Source: a virus. Taken from it: a stretch of DNA of 64,000 bases. The stretch is taken from the IMG/VR virus record IMGVR_UViG_3300022689_000130, positions 1 to 64,000 of that record; one strand, written 5' to 3'. The position numbers and the translations under genes were made by a program. Positions within the stretch are counted from its first letter, which is position 1. Every line of letters begins with the position of its first letter. Positions 37,766 to 47,895 of the stretch are shown one piece after another. The notes below the pieces were generated by a model that saw only the letters and a list, made by a program, of their open reading frames with translations, made no database searches and was not told where the DNA came from.

Positions 37766-38092
37766 TTATTCGTTTATGTCAAGAAGATATTTTGGGTCGC
37801 AAAATTCTTCAACTGATACTTCGAGCTTTCCGCATTCGTGGCCGCTCTGACCCCAGTCTTCGTAATAATGGATAAACAAAGTGCTAGCATCGCCACCGAT
37901 GAACTCGACATGATCAAGATACACCTTGGGTGTATACCGCCATGCAGCTTGATGGAAGTTTTTGGGCTTGAGTTCGACACGCTTCTTGATGATGCAGGAG
38001 GCAATATACTCAACCTCCTCCTGCATATCAGCATACGCTTGAATTCGGGAAGGTGTCATCTTAACTCCCTTTGATGCAGGTTTGATCAGCAA
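37766..38092 (-). CDS. Hypothetical protein
   Basis: True start probably MTPSRI after GGGAG SD. Confidence 0.65.
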   Translation of the reverse strand: MLIKPASKGVKMTPSRIQAYADMQEEVEYIASCIIKKRVELKPKNFHQAAWRYTPKVYLDHVEFIGGDASTLFIHYYEDWGQSGHECGKLEVSVEEFCDPKYLLDINE

Positions 38093-39092
38093 ACATTTGC
38101 CAGCCTTTAGGCTTCATCTTGGCAAGGTCAGCGATTTTACTCACCATCCGCAAGCTGAGCTCTCGCAAATTGTGCTTGTTTTCGTCGATGTATGTCAAGA
38201 TTTCGTCTACTTGAGCGTCATCAAAGTTGTAACTATCGAGCATACCGTCATTGACGATTTGCTTACAGCGGAGGAATTTTTCGCGCAGGTCATGGATACC
38301 AACGTCCAGGTAGTGACAGCGACTCACAATGGCCTTCAGGTGTTCGCCAATCTTTCCTCGTGCGTTTTCAAAATCAAGGTTGGTGACAAAGATAATACTG
38401 CCCTCGAAATCGAATTCAGTGTCGATGGCTCGATCTTCAAGCACCTTGCTTTCGGTGCGCCACGAGATCCGGCGCCGCTTGCCGCTATCTGTTGCAGCCT
38501 TGAGCATGTTGATGGTAGTCTCGTCGTAGAGGACAGTGTCGCTATCGTCTAGAACCAGCAGCGAACCAGGATACCTGTATTCCCACAGAAGCTGGTAAAG
38601 TCCGAGCGGACTTGAGTTAGCAATCTTCTCCAAGCTTTTAGGAGCGTCATTGTTTATGTCTATGTCGCCAACGAGGTCAATCTTGCGCATGACTTCCAGA
38701 CTGTTGATCACTTGCTCAATGCCAAAACTTTTGCCGACGCCCGGAGGCCCTGTGACAATCATTGCCCGCACATCGCCGTCGATCGCTGCAAGCGTCATGT
38801 GGTCCAAAATTTGGAACTTTTGACGCATACGATCCATGATCTCTTCATCGGTCTCGGCGGCAACTTCTTCAGTGATTTCCTCCGCGGTGGTGTCCTCGTC
38901 ATGCAAAAACTTGATGTCGTTTTCTTTATCGAGCATGATACGGATCTTGCGATCAGCATAGCCTAGCGGGGCACCCTCAACAGTAACATACAATCCCTTC
39001 TTGCCCATCTGGGGAGGGATAGTCATCTTGAAACGCATGTTACGGACAGCTTTTTTGGCGTAAACGCCCTTCTGAACAACGATATCGGTCAT
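38061..39092 (-). CDS. AAA+ P-loop ATPase
   Basis: Walker A GPPGVGKS, Walker B LLVLDDSD, IIFVTN, SRC. Confidence 0.85.
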   Translation of the reverse strand: MTDIVVQKGVYAKKAVRNMRFKMTIPPQMGKKGLYVTVEGAPLGYADRKIRIMLDKENDIKFLHDEDTTAEEITEEVAAETDEEIMDRMRQKFQILDHMTLAAIDGDVRAMIVTGPPGVGKSFGIEQVINSLEVMRKIDLVGDIDINNDAPKSLEKIANSSPLGLYQLLWEYRYPGSLLVLDDSDTVLYDETTINMLKAATDSGKRRRISWRTESKVLEDRAIDTEFDFEGSIIFVTNLDFENARGKIGEHLKAIVSRCHYLDVGIHDLREKFLRCKQIVNDGMLDSYNFDDAQVDEILTYIDENKHNLRELSLRMVSKIADLAKMKPKGWQMFADQTCIKGS

Positions 39093-39197
39093 TGTGTCCT
39101 CTTTGTTGCTTACCCATATAACCTAGCAAAACATCTTGGTATAGTCAACAAAAAAGACGCCCTTGGGCGCCTTTTGTTTTTGTTTGAGATCAGTGGT

Positions 39198-39986
39198 TTA
39201 CTCGAACTTAACGCGGTTGAACATAGTCTCTTGGCATTTTGTGTGTTCATTCACTTCCTGCTTCTTGACTGTGCCAATAAACGTGATTTCCTCGCCGTTG
39301 ATTTTTTTGGCGATGTCGCTCAGCTTGTCGTTCATGAAGAATTTGGCGATCCGGCCTTCATCAGTTACAAGCGTTGCAAGGTGGATCGAGTGGCGTGGGA
39401 TAAATTTGACATCCATCACCTTCCCAGTGATTTTGAGACGCTGCCTGATCTCGCCAATGTATCCGTTGTGACGATGGCTCGCGTAGAACTTGTCCATCGC
39501 ATCCCGGTTTTCTGCAATGCGGCGGCTGTTAGGCAGACTAACAATCATTGCAAGGTCGCGGTTGATGTCAACGGTGCCGAGGCCAAAGATGCGAGCCATG
39601 TCCTCGTCAAAACGGTTGACAGAGCCATCCTTGCCGAATTTGACGAGCTCGTCTGCCATCTTGGCCATGAGCAGCTTCTGATCAAAGAAATCATAAATCT
39701 CGCCGGCATCTTTGCGGTCATCTTCCGTGGGACGGAACACTTCGAGCTCATTGCCCTCTTTGTCGACAGATTCAAGCTTTCCGTTGAGAACACGAAGTGT
39801 TTGTAATGCGGCAGTGCGGTTGTCATTTACACTCTTGCCAGATTCATTATCGAAAAAGCCATTCTGACTCTTGATAAAGCCTTGGGCTCGGTCCACTGCA
39901 ACTGCAACAGCCAATGCCTCCAAAAGCGGATATTTCTCCGTGGTAGGACGATAAGTGCCCGGGCGGCCCATTCCAAAAATACTCAT
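39198..39986 (-). CDS. Hypothetical protein with C-terminal OB-fold-like domain
   Basis: YIGEI.QR, ITFIGTVK, ETMFNRVK; start reassigned to MSIFGM. Confidence 0.7.
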   Translation of the reverse strand: MSIFGMGRPGTYRPTTEKYPLLEALAVAVAVDRAQGFIKSQNGFFDNESGKSVNDNRTAALQTLRVLNGKLESVDKEGNELEVFRPTEDDRKDAGEIYDFFDQKLLMAKMADELVKFGKDGSVNRFDEDMARIFGLGTVDINRDLAMIVSLPNSRRIAENRDAMDKFYASHRHNGYIGEIRQRLKITGKVMDVKFIPRHSIHLATLVTDEGRIAKFFMNDKLSDIAKKINGEEITFIGTVKKQEVNEHTKCQETMFNRVKFE

Positions 39987-40267
39987 TGCACTGCCTCGAG
40001 AAGCGAGCCGGCGACTCGCCACAGGCCGCCACCTTCGGCGCGGACGGTTACGGTTTTGCGGTTGACTTTTTCCACGGTGCCGGTGACAACAACGCCACGG
40101 CGGCCAGTGAACTTGACACGAGCGCCACGCCGGAGGGTGGCTGTGTTCATACGCCCGATCGAGTCGCGGCGGGCTTTGAGAAGGTTGACGACAAGAGTGA
40201 GGTCATCGTTGTCGCACTTTTCAAGGACGGTGCGAAGCGACTGGACGTCTTTTGCAGTGAGGGACAT
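39983..40267 (-). CDS. Small SH3/KOW-like protein (early)
   Basis: GARVKF...GTVEKVNRKTVTV...WRV; AGGAG SD and TTGACA promoter upstream. Confidence 0.7.
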   Translation of the reverse strand: MSLTAKDVQSLRTVLEKCDNDDLTLVVNLLKARRDSIGRMNTATLRRGARVKFTGRRGVVVTGTVEKVNRKTVTVRAEGGGLWRVAGSLLEAVQ

Positions 40268-40323
40268 TTCTTACTCCTTGGGTTTCTAACTATGCTATCA
40301 GTATAGCAAGGCAGGTTGCAGTG

Positions 40324-40437
40324 TCAAGTGATTTTGTCGTATTCGGGGCGGTGATGTGCGCCATGGCGGAGAGTATATGCATATCCTATGCCAAAAGCCG
40401 AAAAGATGATGATGACGAGTGTAATGAGAATTTCCAT
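40324..40437 (-). CDS. Small single-TM protein, 37 aa (not in ORF track)
   Basis: MEILITLVIIIFSAFGIGYAYTLRHGAHHRPEYDKIT with AAGGA SD. Confidence 0.6.
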   Translation of the reverse strand: MEILITLVIIIFSAFGIGYAYTLRHGAHHRPEYDKIT

Positions 40438-40448
40438 TTTGAGGTCCT

Positions 40449-40691
40449 TTAGTCGTTGAACACAACAGCACTGAGGCCTTGGCCCGGGCTGATGTAGTGG
40501 AAGGCGAGGATGTCTTCGCCGCTTGCGTCACGCTCTATTTTCTGGAGCAGGAAAAGGCGGGTGGCGCCAGTGCGGGCGCTGCGAATGTAAAAGCTACCCA
40601 TGTCACAAATCTGGAGATCGCTGGCTTCGGCACTGAACAGGTTCTGGCTCTTATCAAAGCTGAACTTCTGGCTGCTGATATATGCGGGCAT
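40449..40691 (-). CDS. Hypothetical protein (early)
   Basis: AAGGAG SD; TTGACA-N17-TATATT-type promoter upstream. Confidence 0.75.
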   Translation of the reverse strand: MPAYISSQKFSFDKSQNLFSAEASDLQICDMGSFYIRSARTGATRLFLLQKIERDASGEDILAFHYISPGQGLSAVVFND

Positions 40692-40870
40692 GTCCGTCTC
40701 CTTTGCTTACATGTTCAATATAAGCAAAGTGCTTTGGTTTGTCAACAACTTTCTTGCCTTATCCAGTAATTTTTTCTAGGATAAGGTAGATCACGAAGCA
40801 AACCGCCACGATAGCGATGATCCAAATAATGAAGTGTAAGAGCAGGATTTATGCTCCATACCTGCCGTTC

Positions 40871-41332
40871 TTAGTCTAAGTGAAGATCATCAAGACCAGC
40901 ACAACGCAATTTTGTGATATTGTTGATTTGAAAGCTTTTGTTATCTAGACCTTTCATGATGGCTAGATATTTGTTGCGGACAAGCGCAAACTCGTTAACC
41001 AGGTGCTCCATGTCAATGTAGTCCTGGTCGCCCTCCGCAAACTTGTCAGCATCGCGGCTGCTGAGTGCTTTGTTGTAGTGCTCAAGATACTTGCGATACT
41101 TGGCACGATGTATCTTGCGCAGTTCGATGTTGAGATACTCAAGGATAGCTTCAACCTCTTGCAGTTGCCCAAAACGATAAGCGACATCGCCTGGAATGCG
41201 CTTGCTGTTCTCTTCGAGGTTGCCCTTCAAGTATGTTTCTTGTCGGGCGGCGCCAAGCTCTTTCTCATAGTAACTGATAGCTGGCACGATGTTTGCCAGG
41301 TTATCTTTTACCTTGTTATACCACCCAGACAT
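40871..41332 (-). CDS. uvsY: Recombination mediator UvsY
   Basis: Helical; KYLEHY, ADKFAEGD, KGLDNKSFQINNI; close to uvsX. Confidence 0.75.
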   Translation of the reverse strand: MSGWYNKVKDNLANIVPAISYYEKELGAARQETYLKGNLEENSKRIPGDVAYRFGQLQEVEAILEYLNIELRKIHRAKYRKYLEHYNKALSSRDADKFAEGDQDYIDMEHLVNEFALVRNKYLAIMKGLDNKSFQINNITKLRCAGLDDLHLD

Positions 41333-41581
41333 TTATACCTCAAACATGTCCTCAGTTACTGGTCGCAAAACATAGTCGACACCATATCGTAAGTGTGTCA
41401 GACCTAGTTCTTCATCGCTTTCTAGTTCATCTATCAATGAATCAATATCGGCCTGTGTGGTTGGTTCTGGATATCCGACTATATGCAAACAAACCGCATA
41501 CCCATCTTCTCTTATATTTCCAAATGCGCCTACAAAATGGTTAAATCCATGTTCGCGCAAATAATTTAGTTCATTCAGCAT
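41333..41581 (-). CDS. Hypothetical protein
   Basis: 82-aa coupled ORF, EL.SDEELGL. Confidence 0.65.
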   Translation of the reverse strand: MLNELNYLREHGFNHFVGAFGNIREDGYAVCLHIVGYPEPTTQADIDSLIDELESDEELGLTHLRYGVDYVLRPVTEDMFEV

Positions 41582-41838
41582 TACTCATCCCAGTCGTCAA
41601 GGTCGTCATCAACTTCATCCAACCCATTCTCCTGGACATATGTGCGCAATGCTTTATCAAACGTATCACATACTCCGTAAAGCTCTGTGCTAGCAATGCT
41701 GAGGTCAACAAGTCCTGCATCGTCAATAGATGTGATGAAGTGTTCTGCTGCGCTGCGCTGGTCCTTGGCAGGTACATAGTTTTTGATGCCCGCCCAGATT
41801 TCAACCAACGCGATTGCTTCATTTGCATGTAGCGTCAT
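41581..41838 (-). CDS. Hypothetical acidic protein
   Basis: 85 aa, GAGG SD. Confidence 0.75.
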   Translation of the reverse strand: MTLHANEAIALVEIWAGIKNYVPAKDQRSAAEHFITSIDDAGLVDLSIASTELYGVCDTFDKALRTYVQENGLDEVDDDLDDWDE

Positions 41839-41847
41839 AGTTACCTC

Positions 41848-42948
41848 TTACTCTGAAGTTTGTTCTTCGGCGTTATTTAGTTCGTCGCCGTCATTTTCGT
41901 CATCTAGCTTGATGTTGTGTTTGTCAAACTCAGCCATGATGGTGTCGAGGCAACCATCTTCGTTGCGTTCCCAATACTTGCGAAACTCTTTAGTGACTTC
42001 GCCAGTGACTGGACTGATGTATTCTAGCTTGTTGCCGGTCTTCTTGAGCAGTTCCTGTGCTTCAAAGAACTCGACAAGACCACTGTATGGGTCCATACCT
42101 GTGTCCCAAGGGATCGCAACCTGAACGCTTTCAAACGGCTTGCTGTAGCGGCTCTTGACGACCTTACATCCTGCACGAATGCCGTGCACTTGTGAGGTCT
42201 TGTTACCATCAGCGTCAACCTTTAGCTTGAGCTTCTTGATAGCGACTACGATACTAGCTGCATAGATCATGCCACTTCCACCTGAGATCTTGTCATCAGG
42301 GTCGAACATGTCTTGGCTTGCATATGTGTGGTTGGTGCACACCATACCAATATTGAGGTCACCAAACATGTTGACGCAGTTGGTGACAAGTGCTTTCAAC
42401 TGACGCGCTTTGCGGCCCATGTCGCCTTTCATGTCACCCTTCTCAAACTGATTGATGTCAGTTGGTGTAAGCAACATTCCCAAACTGTCCACAACGAACA
42501 GAATCTTAGGACGCTCATCTTCGTCTGCGCTGCCATACTCCGCACGGTAGTCTTTGACGAAGTCGCTGATGACTTTTGCAACGTCGTCAATCATTGCCAT
42601 GTTAAGCTTGAGTAGCTTGTTTTCGTCAGTGTCAACACCGAGTGCATGTAACCAGCTTTCGTCCAGTGCATTTTCACTGTCAATAAGCACAACATAGATG
42701 CCTTGCTCTTGAGCGTGGCGCACAAGGTTGCCTGCTGCGATAAAGCTCTTGCCTGCGCCGCTTTCGCCGGCGAGCATGGTAACTTTACCAAGCGGAACGC
42801 CTTTGTGGAAGTCGTTGCTGATGAGTTTGTTGAGTGTGTAGTTACCTGTTGAAATCCAGGTGTCGGGATCACGGAAGCCTACACTTAGTCCCGTGACGCT
42901 TTTTGTAATGCTCTTACGAAATTTGCTGACGTCAAAAGCACGTGCCAT
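41848..42948 (-). CDS. uvsX: RecA-like recombinase UvsX
   Basis: ISTG..LN, GESGAGKS, IDSENALD, VVDSLG, TNHTY, SGG, KSR. Confidence 0.95.
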   Translation of the reverse strand: MARAFDVSKFRKSITKSVTGLSVGFRDPDTWISTGNYTLNKLISNDFHKGVPLGKVTMLAGESGAGKSFIAAGNLVRHAQEQGIYVVLIDSENALDESWLHALGVDTDENKLLKLNMAMIDDVAKVISDFVKDYRAEYGSADEDERPKILFVVDSLGMLLTPTDINQFEKGDMKGDMGRKARQLKALVTNCVNMFGDLNIGMVCTNHTYASQDMFDPDDKISGGSGMIYAASIVVAIKKLKLKVDADGNKTSQVHGIRAGCKVVKSRYSKPFESVQVAIPWDTGMDPYSGLVEFFEAQELLKKTGNKLEYISPVTGEVTKEFRKYWERNEDGCLDTIMAEFDKHNIKLDDENDGDELNNAEEQTSE

Positions 42949-43525
42949 TATTCTTTTCCTTTACGTTTGTTCTGCGCATCCCTGCGAGCTTGCGACCAAG
43001 GAATACCTTTTTTAGTTTTACTCATGTTTTCTCGATGTTCGTCTGAAAATTTCATGCCTTTCCTTGCTTCTGATAATTTACGCCGACTATCTGGTCGTTT
43101 CATTGCATTGTTGCGAGACATTTTTAACTTTGTCTCTTCAGTATGCTTCAATCCCAATGTCCATTGGAATTGAATTTGCCCTTTTTAGCCTGAGATACCT
43201 TTGCTGCAACTTCTGGTCTTTTCATTGGATGATCATCGCCTGATAATCTATTACCTTCAAAATTATCTGAAGCTGTATTAATTAGATTGTATGATTTATT
43301 CGATTTGGCTGCATCAAACTCAGTTAAGAGTTTTCTTTCTTCATCCAGATAATTTGGACCTTGGTAGAGAATTTCTCGTTCAAAATTCTCTATGCCATGT
43401 TTTTCAAATGATTGTCGGATTAGAACACCGCTAGCAGTGTAGCCATCATCAGGACTACCTTTGTGTGATCCAATATAACATTTACCGTTTAGTTTATTGG
43501 TCCAGCGATATACAAATCCAGCCAT
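42948..43525 (-). pseudogene. GIY-YIG/NUMOD3 homing endonuclease split by a one-base frameshift
   Basis: 43148..43525 has GFVY...YIGSH, E, YN; 42948..43157 has NUMOD3 repeats (KHTEETKLKMS, KFSDEHRENMS); frames join at CAT-TGG-GAT-TGA. Confidence 0.75.
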
Positions 43526-43546
43526 AATTTCTCCTCACTGCCAAAA

Positions 43547-43570
43547 GGACCGGGCCATTAGGCCCGGTCT
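43547..43570. terminator. Hairpin after gp32
   Basis: GGACCGGGCC-atta-GGCCCGGTCT. Confidence 0.65.
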
Positions 43571-43586
43571 AGGTTTGAGTGTGAAG

Positions 43587-44588
43587 TTAGCCGGCTTCTT
43601 TACGAGCTCGGATTGCTGCAAGAATATCTTTTGCATCCTTGCTGCCCCCAGAAGAGTCAGTTGACGTGTCCACTGGCTGGCTAGCAGTCGTGGTGTCTTC
43701 CTGATCTTCTGAGTCTTCTTCTACGCTTTTAGCCGCGGCAGGTTCAGCCTTGGGGGTGGAATGTACTGAGCGTTCGCTAGCACCTGCATTAGGTGCATCC
43801 ATGCCATATGGACGGTAATAATCTGCAAAACGATCTGGGTCGTAAAGTTCTCCGTCAATGCTTGCTTCAAACATCTGAAAAATAATTTCGAGTTCGTCGG
43901 TCGTAGGTTGCTTTGGTAAGAAGTCGCTAAGTTTGAACAAACCATGTTCGGCAATCGCCTCACGCTCTTCCTGGTCGAGGCTGCGTTCTCTTCGGGCCCA
44001 GGATGAAGTCGTATAATCAGCATACTGTCCCTTTTTGGTCTTTGTGATACGAAAGTCAACACCTTTATCATAATCTGTTGGCATATCATCGCCAAAGTCA
44101 GGATCCATTAATGCATTCTTGATAATGCCATGGATTTGTGTGCTCATTACAAAACGACGAATAGGGTTTTCAGGAGTCTCCTCTTCGGTAAACGCACTGT
44201 TGACAACTAGGCCCTGATAAAGATAGCTGCGCTTCTTCCAGTATTTACGTGCCATATCTTCCATACTTGGATCTTTGAACCAAGGGCGAATTTCTTCGTG
44301 AATCGGACACTTTTGGTTTCCGAACATTTCTATGCAAGGAACCTTAATAGTGATAGGTTTGGATTCATCTCCTCCTTTGATTCCTGAGAAGGATAGATTG
44401 ATCATTTGGCGTTCAACCCAGAAAAAGTCGTTGTTCGGGTCTTCATCTGGAAGGAAACGAACTATTGATGTTTCATTTTCAGGGGTGTTCCAGTGCGGAT
44501 AAATGGCATTATCTTTGGTGTAGTTTTTTCCGCTCTTCCGTTGTTCTTGTTCGAGCAGCTTTGCACGAATTTCTGCGAGTGTTGGCAT
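43587..44588 (-). CDS. Single-stranded DNA-binding protein (T4 gp32-like)
   Basis: VRFLP, PC..MFG..CPI, YWKKRSY, G.DF.I.K, YADY..S.W, acidic tail. Confidence 0.9.
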   Translation of the reverse strand: MPTLAEIRAKLLEQEQRKSGKNYTKDNAIYPHWNTPENETSIVRFLPDEDPNNDFFWVERQMINLSFSGIKGGDESKPITIKVPCIEMFGNQKCPIHEEIRPWFKDPSMEDMARKYWKKRSYLYQGLVVNSAFTEEETPENPIRRFVMSTQIHGIIKNALMDPDFGDDMPTDYDKGVDFRITKTKKGQYADYTTSSWARRERSLDQEEREAIAEHGLFKLSDFLPKQPTTDELEIIFQMFEASIDGELYDPDRFADYYRPYGMDAPNAGASERSVHSTPKAEPAAAKSVEEDSEDQEDTTTASQPVDTSTDSSGGSKDAKDILAAIRARKEAG

Positions 44589-44597
44589 AATTTATCT

Positions 44598-44668
44598 CCT
44601 ATATTAGTTACTGGATAATCCAGCTCATATTAGCCTATATTAGTTACCGGTAATCCGGTTCATGTTAG
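44598..44668 (-). repeat. Tandem 36/35-nt repeat with hairpins in gp32 leader
   Basis: CCTATATTAGTTACTGGATAATCCAGCTCATATTAG followed by CCTATATTAGTTACCGGTAATCCGGTTCATGTTAG. Confidence 0.9.
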
Positions 44669-44921
44669 TTTTGAGACAAGTAAGCTAAAGCTAACTACTT
44701 GAATATACAAAGGAAACCTCCAAGTGTCAATAACTCATTGATTTCATTGCAATATTATTTATCAATAAGACTCCTTGAACAGCGGATGAATTGTGCCCAT
44801 CGCGATGTTTTTTACACCAAGGTTTTATGGATGTTATCAGCTAGCGGTTGTTCTGTATTTGTTCAATCGCATGTCTAACACGAAGGCTGTGATTCACAGC
44901 CTTCGTGTAAATGCTGATGCT

Positions 44922-47447
44922 TTATATGTCGAAAAGACGTTTGATATTACTATATTGATTAAGGGTTTCGTTGATATTAGTAATTTCTTCTTCATCTATT
45001 CCATTATCTTCGTCAACGGCGTGTTCTTCTGCTACGCGACTCTTCTGACGGATCACGTTGATTGCTGCCGCAGCCATGTTGAGATGCTTTCTACCAACCT
45101 CATGAACGAGGTCGCTGGTCTCCATCATCTTGTTGGCAAGGACGTCATCCTTCATCTTGGGTGCTAGGTAGTTGACCCATGCTGCAATCGCTGTTGCTGG
45201 ATCACGGAATTTACGAGCACCTGGGTTTTCAGGATCGTCTCCGTCGATTGGACGATTAAGAGTGATGTTGTCCTTGTTGTCCATCACATACTTGGCAAAG
45301 TCTATGATGGTTGCTTCCTTGGCTTGTCGTCCGCGCATATTTTCAATTACCCTTGCTACATATGGAAGACTATCTGAGATGCTTTCATCAAAGTAGCTGA
45401 CTGTAACATTGTTTTTCAGTTCGTCAAGCTTTTCTTTATCAACTTGTGCTCTTTCACGGGTGAAAGATTCAAGGTGATGTGCATAGCCTTTGGGACCTGC
45501 AATTTGTTTGAGGTTGGTGCGTAGTTGTGTGACACGGCTGTTAATCTCTTCACCAATCTTTACATCTTCAAAAAAATCGTTGCGGCGATTATGCCGCTGA
45601 AATTTCTTGAGTTCATTTAGCTCGTCCATGGTCTCGTAAATGTATTGACCAAAATCATCATATGGCGTTCCTCCTTCTTTTACGTGACGCGTCATCGCTT
45701 TTGCAGCCGTGATGTTATTAGAAGGAAACTTGAAACGTTCACGATCATGATTTTCGATGTAGATACTCTCGATTTGTCGTGTGCGGGCACCACGCTTTTC
45801 TTCGTCTACGCTGCGTTTGTGACGAACGATCATACGAGCATCTCCTAGTTCGTTAACGCTTTTGCGCTTAGATCCATGCCAGCCCGAAAAACCTTCTTTT
45901 ACTTGCTCAGGGAGTTTTCCAATTGGATATCCTTGGTTGCGCTTCTTATAACGATCCAATGTGTTATACTTATTAGGTTTCACGTGCGGGTGGTTACCTT
46001 TTCGTGATTGCATGGCGTTCTTTCTTTTTTCTCGACTTGCTTGCCCTGCTTTAACACCTTTATCAAAATCGTATTGTGTGCCCATCTGTCTAGGTGATGA
46101 AATAACTTTCTTGGCGCGTTCAATTCCAGATTCTTTATCATGTTGACTAGGGTCAAGACCATAAACCTCTTTATCAATCTTGTCCTGTTTCATCCAGTTT
46201 TTAACATTTTTGGCAGTAGGTTCAGCATTGCCGCGCGCAACCGATGGTTTCGTCATTGCACCCTGTTTCATTGATTTTTGTCTAGGATTTAATTCAGTTA
46301 GTTGCTCATTTTCCCAAATTGATGGAGGATTAGACATACTATAATGGAAAACCATATATCCTGTACCATCAGGCAATTTGCCTTGGTTCACAACATTCCA
46401 ACCGTTTCTTTTCAACATTTTTAATTTATCAAATGCTTCTTGTCCTTTAAGAAGTAACTGATCACCATCTTGTGGCGTTTCTGGAATTTTTCTGAGCATC
46501 CTTGACTCTTTAACCATGATCTGAATCTTCTTTCCATTTGTAGTGTTACGAATCTCACAGTGCTTGCCTGGCTTGACATCCTGATATGCTTCCCACTCGC
46601 CGTCGTTGATCTTTTTCATGATCGCTGCTCGCGTCATCTCTCGTGCTTCATTCATTCCTCTTGATGTGTTACTTCTAATTTCATTACGCATTTGACGAAC
46701 AAATTTTCTTCCTTTATCAGTCAATGAATAGTTTATAAAGTCGTCGAGAGTATTATATGAATCAATTGTTACATATCCATCACGTTCCAAATTATCTACG
46801 ATGTGACGATATTCTGGTTGTGCAGTTCCACCAAATGGATGTGCTGCAAACAATGCATCCAATCTTTTATTGCCGTCTGATGATTCGTTTGTTTTTTGTT
46901 TTCCTGCACCGCGGAAAGGCTTCCCATCGAAGCCAGCATTGTAGAATTTTTTACTAATACCGCCGCCAACTTTAGCTGCATTTCTTTCATATCCACGGGC
47001 AGCGTCTTGTTTACCAATCTTATATGCCCTTTGGTTTTTGCTATCATTATCAGCTAGTGTATTTTCATAATCAGAGGCACTTGATCTTGCTACTGTTTCA
47101 TTTGTTTTTTGTTTTGCCATAAACGCGAAATCCTTTGGTTTTATAGTTTTGCCAAACGTTTTAACCTCAAATTCAATGATGTAACGAGTTGCAACTATGC
47201 GCAATGCGTCAAGCATAGGCTTAATTTCATCAATTTCAGTATTCTTTGATAAGTTAACGATTATTTTGCTGTCAGTCTCATTGACATCAAAATTAACCAT
47301 CATAGAAATATCCTTTACAAAAAAGCGTTGGGCTTCGTCGAGTTTTACTGTCTTTTTTCCTTCGGCAGTAAACAAAACGACAGTATGCCCAAATCCTTTT
47401 AGGATATCGAAAATTTGCTCTGAAACAATTTCAACTGAAGTTACCAT
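44922..47447 (-). CDS. Large late protein with about 400 aa of inserted modules (polyprotein-like)
   Basis: Start reassigned to MVTSVE 5 nt after TAAATA; modules bounded by TNE/MNE/VKE/LTE. Confidence 0.65.
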   Translation of the reverse strand: MVTSVEIVSEQIFDILKGFGHTVVLFTAEGKKTVKLDEAQRFFVKDISMMVNFDVNETDSKIIVNLSKNTEIDEIKPMLDALRIVATRYIIEFEVKTFGKTIKPKDFAFMAKQKTNETVARSSASDYENTLADNDSKNQRAYKIGKQDAARGYERNAAKVGGGISKKFYNAGFDGKPFRGAGKQKTNESSDGNKRLDALFAAHPFGGTAQPEYRHIVDNLERDGYVTIDSYNTLDDFINYSLTDKGRKFVRQMRNEIRSNTSRGMNEAREMTRAAIMKKINDGEWEAYQDVKPGKHCEIRNTTNGKKIQIMVKESRMLRKIPETPQDGDQLLLKGQEAFDKLKMLKRNGWNVVNQGKLPDGTGYMVFHYSMSNPPSIWENEQLTELNPRQKSMKQGAMTKPSVARGNAEPTAKNVKNWMKQDKIDKEVYGLDPSQHDKESGIERAKKVISSPRQMGTQYDFDKGVKAGQASREKRKNAMQSRKGNHPHVKPNKYNTLDRYKKRNQGYPIGKLPEQVKEGFSGWHGSKRKSVNELGDARMIVRHKRSVDEEKRGARTRQIESIYIENHDRERFKFPSNNITAAKAMTRHVKEGGTPYDDFGQYIYETMDELNELKKFQRHNRRNDFFEDVKIGEEINSRVTQLRTNLKQIAGPKGYAHHLESFTRERAQVDKEKLDELKNNVTVSYFDESISDSLPYVARVIENMRGRQAKEATIIDFAKYVMDNKDNITLNRPIDGDDPENPGARKFRDPATAIAAWVNYLAPKMKDDVLANKMMETSDLVHEVGRKHLNMAAAAINVIRQKSRVAEEHAVDEDNGIDEEEITNINETLNQYSNIKRLFDI

Positions 47448-47451
47448 ATTA

Positions 47452-47895
47452 CTATTTATTCCATTCGCGTATTTCAACATCAAAATTTTTCGCCTTGATG
47501 CGATCGACTACATGCGACAGGTATTTTTGTCCCATCACAGTTGAACTACTACGCTTAATTGCTTTATTTTGATTTCTAGCATAGTCAACCGCAGCTTGAT
47601 AGAGTTCACTAGCTAATCCGCGATTACGATAATCTTCGTCTACTATAACGTGTTTAAGCCAAAATTCTCTATCGTCATACGGATTCAGCTCTAATGCAAG
47701 ACTAGAAACAACACGCCGTCCATCAAAATGTACCAAATGTATTTCGTTATTCATATCTCCTGGATTCAGATATTGAAGACGATTGAATACATCCGGATTT
47801 GCATCTTCGTTACGATTGATGAACAAATGCAAATCAGCGCCTGCTAGCATGTTCAGACGCAAATCATCATTTTCAAACAGATGGCGATATCTCAT
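47452..47895 (-). CDS. GNAT acetyltransferase with N-terminal tag
   Basis: Motif A VDEDYRNRGLASELY; starts MRYRHLFE. Confidence 0.88.
   Translation of the reverse strand: MRYRHLFENDDLRLNMLAGADLHLFINRNEDANPDVFNRLQYLNPGDMNNEIHLVHFDGRRVVSSLALELNPYDDREFWLKHVIVDEDYRNRGLASELYQAAVDYARNQNKAIKRSSSTVMGQKYLSHVVDRIKAKNFDVEIREWNK

Noticed and set aside
40760-40850. Hydrophobic frame LLLHFIIWIIAIVAVCFVIYLILEKITG on minus strand
   Set aside because: No canonical start codon after the preceding in-frame stop
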